Assembly: GCF_009914755.1 (NCBI RefSeq)
Contig: NC_060928.1
Source of the DNA: the human T2T-CHM13v2.0 reference genome, Homo sapiens
Reading direction: 5' to 3' (one strand)
DNA length: 64,000 nt
Shown here: positions 55,251-64,000 of the stretch, in pieces
Numbering within the stretch: the first letter of the stretch is position 1
Layout of the letters: each line of letters opens with the position of its first letter
The notes under the pieces: model-generated
Databases searched by the model: none
What the model saw: only the letters and a program-made list of their open reading frames with translations
Told to the model about the DNA's origin: nothing
Made by a program: the position numbers and the translations under genes

Positions 55251-56132
55251 ATCTGACCTTTGACAAACCTGACAAAAACAAGCAATGAGGAAAGGATCCC
55301 CTATTTAATAAATGGTGTTGGGAAAACTGGCTAGCCATATGCAGGAAACTGAAATGGACCCCTTCCTTATACCTTACACAAAAATTTACTCAAGATGGAT
55401 TAAAGATTTAAATGTAAGACCTAAAACCATAAATACCCTAGAAGAAAACTTAGGCAATACCATTCAGGACATAGGCACGGGCAAAGACTTCATGACTAAA
55501 ACACCAAAAGCAATTGCCACAAAAGCCAAAATTGACAATTGGGATCTAATTAAACTACAGAATGCTTTTACACTGCTGGTGGGAGTGTAATTAGTTCAAT
55601 CATTGTGGAAGACAATGTGGCAGTTCCTTAAGGATCTAGAACCAGAAATCCCATTTGACCCAGCAATCCCATTACTGGGTATATACCCAAAAAATTATAA
55701 ATCATTCTACTATAAAGACACATGCACACGTATGTTTAGTGCAACACTATTCCCAAGCAAAGTCTTGGAGCCAACCCAAATGACCATATATGTGGCACAT
55801 ATATACCATGGAATACTATGTAGCCATAAAAAAGAATGAGTTCATGTCCTTTGCAGGGACATGGATGAAGCTGGAAACCATCATTCTCATCATAAGAACA
55901 TGTTCTCACTCGTAAGTGGGAGTTGAACAATGAGAATATATGGGCACAGGGAGGGAAACATCACACACCAGGGCTTGTAGGGGGTTGGGAGAGGGATTGC
56001 ATTAGGAGAAATACCTAATGTAGATGATGGGTTGATAGGTGCAGCAAACCACCATGGCACACATATACCTACGTAACAAATCTGCACGTTCTGCATATGT
56101 ATCCCAGAACTTCAAGTATAATAAAAAGTTAA
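55251..56132 (+). mobile_element. 5'-truncated L1PA7/8-like element with internal deletions
   Basis: ORF2 pieces ([14 protein letters not shown]...WDLIKL; EIPFDPAIPLLGIYPK) and L1PA8-type 3'UTR. Confidence 0.92.
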
Positions 56133-56572
56133 AAAATTCTGCTTTATCATTATGACTATCATCCTAATCATTATTATTATTTTACTGCCTCTCTCGGGAT
56201 GCAAATAGCTATGGTTGATGATTTGCCTGTTTTACTAATTCTTCTTTAATTCTACCATATCTGCTCACCTTAACCTTTTCCCAAAGTTATAACTTTATTA
56301 TAAATAATACATGAATAAGTAAAACCGTAAACCTACCATAAACCAAAAACTCTCAAACCTACACAGTTTGAGATGTGAAGGGAATCTCTGAATAAATATA
56401 TCCTTCTTCTCTGTTTGTCTTTCCAGCCTTGCCATTTCTTGAGTCTGGGAATTTCCTCTCCTTTCAGATAAGAGCAAATCTAAGTGATCATCCTGCTTCC
56501 ACTGGGGAAAGAAAGAGATAATGCTGCCAGGTAGTGACCAGGAAAGCTGCAATGGGTTGTGGGTGGTCACAT

Positions 56573-57899
56573 TGAGAGGTGACAGCGTGCTGGCAGTCCT
56601 CAGAGCCCTCGCTTGCTCTCGGCACCTCCTTTGCCTGGGCTCCCACTTTGGCGGCATTTGAGGAGCCCTTCAGCCCACCAATGCACTGTGGGAGCCCCTT
56701 TCTGGGCTGGCCAAGGCCAGAGCCGGCTCCCTCAGCTTGCAGGGAGGTGTGGAGGGAGAGGCTCGAGCGGGAACCAGGGCTGTGTGCGGCGCTTGCGGGC
56801 CAGCTGGAGTTCTGGGTGGGCGTGGGCTTGGCGGGCCCCGCACTCGGAGCAGCCGGCCGGCCCTGCCGGCCCCAGGCAGTGAGGGGCTTAGCACCCGGGC
56901 CAGTGGCTGCGGAGGGTGTACTGGGTCTCCCAGCAGTGCCAGCCCACCGGTGCTGCACTCGATTTCTCACCGGGCCTTAGCTGCCCTCCCGCGGGGCAGG
57001 GCTCTGGACCTGCAGCCTGCCATGCCTGAGCCTCCCACCCACTCCATGGGCTCCTGTGCGGCCCGAGCCTCCCCGACGAGCACCACCCCCTGCTCCACAG
57101 CGCCCAGTCCCATCGACCACCCAAGGGCTGAGGAGTGCGGGCACACGGGGCGGGACTGGCAAGCAGCTCCACCTGCAGCCCCGGTGCGGGATCCACTGGG
57201 TGAAGGCAGCTGGGCTCCTGAGTCTGGTGGGGCCTTGGAGAACCTTTATGTCTACCTCAGGGATTGTAAATACACCAATCGGCACTCGTATCTAGCTCAA
57301 GGTTTGTAAACACACCAATCAGCACCCTGTGTCTAGCTCAGCGTTTGTGAGTGCACCAATGGACACTCTGTAACTAGCTGCTCTGGTGGGGCCTTGGAGA
57401 ACCTGTGTGTGGAAATTCTGTATCTAACTAATCTAATGGGGACGTGGAGAACCTTTGTATCTAGCTCAGGGATTGTAAACTCACCAATCAGCACCCTGTC
57501 AAAACAGGCCACTGGGCTCTACCAATCAGCAGGATGTGGGTGGGGCCAGATAAGAGAATAAAAGCAGGCTGCCTGAGCCAGCATTGGCAACCCGCTTGGG
57601 TCCCCTTCCACACGGTGGAAGCTTTGTTCTTTAACTCTTTGCAATAAATCTTGCTACTGCTCACTCTTTGGGTCCACACTGCTTTTAAGAGCTGCAACAC
57701 TCACTGCGAAGGTCTGCAGCTTCACTCCTGAGCCAGCCAGACCATGAACCCACCAGAAGGAAGAAACTCCGAACACATGGGAATATCAGAAGGAAAAAAC
57801 TCCAGAGGCGCCACCTTAAGAGCTGTTACACTCACCGCGAGGGTCCGCGGCTTCATTCTTGAAGTCAGTGAGACCAAGAACCCACCAATTCTGGACACA
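56573..57899 (+). mobile_element. LTR12C (HERV9) solo LTR
   Basis: tgagaggtgacagcgtgctggc...ccaccaattctggacaca; 4-bp TSD acat; CpG-rich U3 and tandem CCAAT units. Confidence 0.97.
57270..57600 (+). promoter_or_regulatory. LTR12C U3 enhancer/promoter
   Basis: CCAAT (NF-Y) at 57275, 57315, 57356, 57484 and 57522; AGATAA at 57548; TATA-like AATAAAA at 57557. Confidence 0.7.
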
Positions 57900-57958
57900 A
57901 CATGGTTGTAGTTTCTTTTTGGTACCAAACAACCGTGGTTGGTCCTTTCTTTTTTTGA

Positions 57959-58331
<373 letters not shown>

Positions 58332-58603
58332 TGAAGCTCTGACATTCTAAGGAGCATCACTTTATCATTAATTTAGAAGTCATTCCAAGAACCAAGAGAA
58401 TCTCTCTATGTATTCTGTGATTACTCAATGAATTCTTGGTTTACCCAATAGCAATCTGAAGGTAAATTATACACATAACGTTAGAGGAGAATTTTAAATT
58501 TGAGTCAATTATTCCAATGAGCAAATAAAATTCAACACAGAGACTATGGGCTTCTCTAATAGTGAGCCATCCATCACTAATGTACACCACTCTATTTATT
58601 ATT

Positions 58604-59010
58604 TGTATTCATCTGCTTCAGTTGAGACAACAAAGTACCACAGACTGAGTTGCTTAAACAACAGAAATTCATTTCTCATAGTTCTGGAGACTGGAAGTCC
58701 AAGATCAAGGTGTCCACAAGGTAGGTTTTATTCTGAGGACTCTTTTCTTGGATTATAGGTGGCTTCTATCTCACTGTGTACTCAGATGACCTCTTTTTTT
58801 GTGATAATTTCTCTTCCTCTCTCTCTCCTTTTCTCTCTCTCTCTCTCTCTCTCTATCACATTATGAAGACACTAATCCCGTCATGAGGACTATACCTTCA
58901 TGATCTCATCTAACCTGAATTACCTTCCAAAGGTCCATCTCCAAATACCATCACATGGGGTGTATAGTTAGGTCTATAAATTTAAAGAGAATATAAGTCA
59001 GTTCATAGTA
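58604..59010 (-). mobile_element. MLT1A-like MaLR solo LTR
   Basis: gttctggagactggaagtccaagatcaaggtg, catctccaaataccatcaca; TSD ttatt. Confidence 0.88.
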
Positions 59011-59547
59011 TTATTGATTTCTTAAATATAGTATTTTCATCAAAAAGAATTATTCTTAGTATCAAACAACTTTGCTGTCATATTGAAATGAAGAACAAAA
59101 TTTAAAACTAACCTTGAAATTTAGACTGGGTCTTAAAGGGGAAAGACTATTTATTCTAGTACATCCTTATTTATACAAATGACTGGAAAATGTAAACACA
59201 TTAAAGAAAGAAATGAACACAAAACAAGCAGCCAGAACAATCTGAAAGGGTTCAAGAGACTTTGTAAACAGAGTTATATGATAATAAAGTATGTTTTGAC
59301 AGATGTGTAATATGCTATTTGGCCTACAGAAGATATCTGTGGTCATTTCAAAAAAAATTAGAAGGCATAAGGGAGAATTACAATATTAAAAAATGGAATT
59401 GTGAAATGAATCATACACAGCTAAATAACCTTTGCTGACTTTTAGAACATATTATAAAACGTTTTGTTTAATGTGCAACACATATAATTTGGTTCTAAAT
59501 ATTCTTTGTTTTTAATTGTGACAATCAAGAGTAATCTTTAAAACAGT

Positions 59548-59797
59548 GAACTGGCATAGTCCAGGCATCAGCCAATCTGTACACATTGGAAAAGAATCCT
59601 ACAGGCCCTGCCATGCCAGTGGACCCTGTAGTTTCTGGATTCTGTTGATGTCTACTGGGGTTTTGGGGAGAGGGGATGGTGGCAGCTGAAATGGCGAAGG
59701 AACCTAGAAGAGAGAAGAATCAGAGTTTTAGCAACCAATATAGAATTATTTAAATATTATAACTGCACCAGTGTGTACCAGCTATACATCAGTCCTA
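59548..59797. mobile_element. Possible old hAT-type DNA transposon remnant
   Basis: Locally GC-richer segment ending gtaccagctatacatcagtccta; weak resemblance only. Confidence 0.25.
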
Positions 59798-60035
59798 ATA
59801 ATAATTTATGAGTAATTGAAAGGCAACTTCGAATATAAATGCTTTCTCCCAGTATGATCAAAATATGTCTCTTGACAATAATCACTACATAAAATTTATT
59901 TTTTTAATTAATATATTTTAGCACTTTACAGCTGAAAAAGGGATATTGGAGTTAATTTCATCAAAATTGTTACATTTCAATAGTGGGTTAATAAAAAAAT
60001 TGATGGATGAATTTTATGTCTGTGCATGACTACTA

Positions 60036-60130
60036 CATATGTATATACATATTACTATGGCATATGATATACACATGTACATATAGAGCTGATATATATA
60101 TGTGTGTATACACACACACACACACACACA
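60036..60130. repeat. (TA)-rich tract plus (CA)n microsatellite
   Basis: About 10 CA units at 60110-60130. Confidence 0.8.
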
Positions 60131-61195
60131 TGCTTTAAATAAAAGTTGCTATGTATTTACTTTAAATCAAAATTGTATTTTCTGCATTGGTTTCAGCCTA
60201 CTTAGCTTTAAGAAAAAAATGATTTCTCACTTCTCATTTCCTATTTTCATTTTTAATAATTTCTCATTTAAAACTAGTCAGAACCTGTTGGGAGAAAAAA
60301 ACAAATCAGAATACATTTATTAGCATATTTTACACAAAGCTGTACAGTGAATACTATTTTAAAGTTTCTCAAATTTAAAACATGTCAATGGAATTTTACC
60401 AGTGATAGTATAATACTGTGAAACATAAGAGAAGAAAACAAGGTTTTGTCTAAGCAAGTAAAGGCAAGACATAGAAATAATATTTGCTTAACAGTATTCT
60501 TAGTAATTTGAACACCAAAAGAAGTGAAAAATGCATGAGGATGAGAAGTTTCTTACCATAGGTAAACAAAATTATATTTTATATTTTGAAATGCATAATA
60601 TTATTTTTTAAAACTACGAATAAATAGGAAAAATTCTATGTCATGTTATACGGGAGTAACATAGACCTGGGGTCACATTATATATTTTGTTTCTTTCTTT
60701 CAGATCCCCAGATGTCATTAGGAATTCCATCAAAACAACCAAAATGGAATAATTTTAATACTTAATAATGTGTGTAATGAAGTGGGATATTTTTGTCACC
60801 ATTTCTTGTTTTCCTTAATTTTTAATCAGTGCCTATATTTTCTAAGTTACCTAAATATTGCTTATAACTGTCATATTGACCATACAATGTGCACAATGTA
60901 ATCAAATGCAACTATATTTTTACATCTCATTCTCTCTTTAAATTTTTTTCAGTGGAGGTGATCTTCTCTTGGCCCAAAATGAAAATTCAATTCAGTGTCA
61001 TGAGTTTTATTCCCACTCTTAGGTAATGGAAAGTTCGAGGCGACTTTAGGTCACAAAGCAGTCTCAATCTAATAATTCTAAAATAAGATATTAATCTATG
61101 CTCTAATTTTTATCTGAAGGTAACACTCCTCTTCACTCTGCCGACTTTGTCCTGTGAATGACTGCTGCCTGAATTAGGAGAAGAGATGTGGTCAG

Positions 61196-61301
61196 CTTTA
61201 CCCCAGTAACTTCTTTACCCCAGTAACTTCTTTCCCCATTAAGTACATGATATTTTAAATCCCGCCATAGTGGAATCAGGGCAAAGGAGTATCAGGGCAA
61301 A
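61196..61301. repeat. Two short local duplications
   Basis: ctttaccccagtaactt x2 (61196-61229); atcagggcaaa at 61275 and 61291. Confidence 0.85.
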
Positions 61302-61525
61302 ATATGGATACAACTGTTTTAATTTGGATAGGTGCTTTTGAGATTTCTAGGCTGACTCTCTCATGGAGGACTTTTGTAGATCCTTCAAAGAGTTCCATCA
61401 CTAAAGCCTTTCATTTGCTTTCTCATGTCATAGGCAAAGTACCGATTTACCAACCTGCCATGCCCACTCCATTACTCTGTCCCTGGTTTACTGAAAGTAC
61501 CATGTAATAGTTAAGACTCTCAATG

Positions 61526-61906
61526 TTTTTTATTTATTTGTTTATTCATTTATCTAGTATAAATTTAAGGGGTACAATGGAAGCTTTTTCACATGGCTAC
61601 ATTGCATCATGGTGAAGTCTGTGCTTTTAGTGTAACCATCACCTGAATAATGTACATTATTACCCGTGAAGAAATTTCTCATCCCTCACACCCCTGCCAA
61701 ACTCTTACCCTTGAGTCTCCAGTATCGATTATTCCACACTCTACACGCATGTGCAGACATTATTTAGCCCCCACTCATAAGTGAAAACATGCAGGTTTGT
61801 GACTTTCTGTTTTCAATTTGTTTCACATAATATTATGGCCACCAATTCCATCCATATTGCTGCAAAAGATGATTTTATTCGTTTTAATGGCTGAATAGTA
61901 TTCCTG

Positions 61907-61941
<35 letters not shown>

Positions 61942-62077
61942 GTGTACAGACAACATTTTCTTTATCCAATAAACCATTGATGAACATTTAGGCTGATCCC
62001 GTATCTTTGCTATTGTAAATAATGCTATGATAAATATATAATTGAGTGCAGGTATCTTTTGATATAATGATTTCTTT
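61526..62077 (-). mobile_element. L1PB4-like 3' fragment with internal (TG)n
   Basis: ggtgaagtctgtgcttttagtgtaaccatcacctgaata, tggctgaatagtattcc. Confidence 0.85.
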
Positions 62078-62178
62078 TAAGACCATAAGTTTTTATGTTA
62101 AATAAACTTGGTTTTAAATCAGCACCTGTTATTTGTCAATGAAAATCTTAATATAAATTAATTTACTAAGCTTCAAGA

Positions 62179-62207
62179 TGTGTCTGTGCGTGTGTCTGTC
62201 TGTCTGT

Positions 62208-62244
<37 letters not shown>
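62179..62244. repeat. (TCTG)n/(TG)n microsatellite
   Basis: About 17 TG units. Confidence 0.9.
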
Positions 62245-62246
<2 letters not shown>

Positions 62247-63089
62247 CAGTATTTTTCCATCAATATTGAACACTAAACTCTTTCTTCAGGGACAAGTAGC
62301 CTAGAAAATAAATTCCTCAGGCACAGTTGCCATCAGGAGTCAAGTTCACATTCAAATCAATGAGATAACTAGTACAAGAATTTTAAGGAAGAAGAGGAGA
62401 GGCTATTATTCTGCTCTAACAGTAGCAGGTTCATGTGGAGACAGAAGGTAACTATGAAGATTTTAGTACCTTCCAGGAGAGCTCCTGAAAATTACCTGTG
62501 TTGGTATAGGAGGCAATAGTGATAATTAGCATTTCCCTGTAATTTCAATAATTCCCAGTGTCCTCAAATCCAGTAGTGGTTCTCTCTGGACCATACTCAT
62601 CAGTCCTATCAAAGTTTTGTAAGCATGTAATATATCACACTCCTTACTAAAATATCTAAATGGCTTCTATACTCTAACTTGATTAATACATGTGTAGGCT
62701 GAAAAAAATGTGTATATCTCAGGATTACACTGGGAAACATATGAGATAAAGCTTTTAGCACAGTGTCCTGCCATCATCACTGTTTTTTTGTTGTTGCTTT
62801 TTACTGTTGGTTCAATGTTCTTCCTGACCCTAATCTCCCTGATGACTATAGTGTAAATACTATGCATCTCATAATTAGCCACTGTGCATAAAAGAAAAAG
62901 CTAACTTCCAAACTCAAGATTTCCAACAGTGAATTCAGCATTTGCAACTGAAAACCTTCTTGAAATATTATTTTGAACACTGGACATGAAACTTCAGAAT
63001 TATTTTTGACTAATTTCTTTAACTTGTTATATTAAATCAATTATGTTCACTCTCTCCCTGCAGCATCGTTCTCATATATTTGTCTCCAT

Positions 63090-63990
63090 TTCTAAGGGAG
63101 CTACCATAATACAGGGATGATGAAATGTAAATTATATAATCCATTCAATCATCCAGTACACCCAGTAGAGTGCTGATCCATAGTAGGCTTTCAATTCTCA
63201 TTACCTTCTGTTTCCCATAAGGCTTTCAATACTATTGTAAGTATCTCTAATTGCTGTCCTTGTAAGTGTCCACTTGGTAACTTTGCCTCTGGTATCTCCC
63301 AGTTCTCATCTATATAACATTCGATTGCCAAATTAATCTTCCTAAAAGAGCCTTCTGAGCATGGCATTGCAATTGTCAGAAAACTTCAATTACCAACAGA
63401 ATAAATTTGTATATTTGTGCCTTTCTCCCTAGGAATTCAGTTTTCCGTACTCTATCTGTGTGTAACTGCCTAATGTTAACCTCTCACTGCTTCTCTCTTT
63501 ATGCCTCATTTTCTAGTAAGACTGAATTAGTTACTCTTCCCAGTTAATCCTATTTTGTATTTCTGTTTTTACTGTCTGTCCTTCTGTCTAAAATGCCTTT
63601 CTTCCCATGTTTATCTACCGTAATTGTACTGATCTTTTAAGGTGCTATTCAAATCTCATGTTGCAAACAGAGCCATGCCTAAGTGAACTTTCCCTCTTTT
63701 GTGACTTTGTTATGGCTAAATTGACTATAGTCTGCCTTATATTTGGTATATTTTCATGTATACTAGTTAATTTTCTTGGCTTTTCTACCATAAGACAGAG
63801 ATTGGAGCTACCTTCTAATCCTGGTACAAGAAAATGCAGGATAATGAAAACTTGTTAAGACCATTGGCTAAAAGTTCAGACCTAAGTAAAACGTCACCTC
63901 TTCTATTTCCTAGCAGCATGACTATGTAACATAGGTTAATCTAAATCTTCACTGTTATCTTTAAAAAAATGATAAAATCGTATTTTACTT
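63090..63990 (+). mobile_element. Decayed MIR and L2 fragments
   Basis: ttaatcttcctaaaa, tgtctaaaatgcctttcttcc (L2); gactatgtaacataggttaatctaaatct (MIR). Confidence 0.45.
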
Positions 63991-64000
63991 TTAAAGTCCT

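Noticed and set aside
56488-57309. Overlapping ORFs of 130-190 aa on both strands
   Set aside because: They lie within GC-rich LTR12C U3, where stops are rare; no recognisable protein
57230-57530. Regularly spaced ~40-bp repeats resembling a CRISPR array
   Set aside because: Known LTR12 U3 tandem enhancer units in eukaryotic DNA; no unique spacers or cas genes

Overview
AT-rich, CpG-poor primate genomic DNA, most likely human or another ape given AluY, L1PA4/5-like and LTR12C elements. It looks intergenic or deep-intronic. I found no credible host protein-coding exon, tRNA, rRNA or CRISPR array. The supplied ORFs are Alu, L1 or LTR read-throughs or chance ORFs, and the only recognisable protein motifs are decayed L1 ORF2p pieces. 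The window is dominated by transposons: a full-length antisense L1PB1 (19.2-25.6 kb) carrying two Alus and an internal deletion, several truncated L1s (one 5'-inverted), 12 Alu/FLAM/FRAM copies, MaLR/ERVL solo LTRs, an intact CpG-rich LTR12C (56573-57899), DNA transposon fossils (Tigger3a, MER119, MER94, MER44) and L2/MIR remnants. Subfamily names come from remembered consensus motifs and need RepeatMasker confirmation. I cannot support a new biological system. The best leads are a locally templated ~55-bp copy at an L1PA8 5' junction, an LTR12C promoter with candidate downstream exons, DUX4 motifs in head-to-head MaLR LTRs, an H/ACA-like twin hairpin and several template-switch palindromes.
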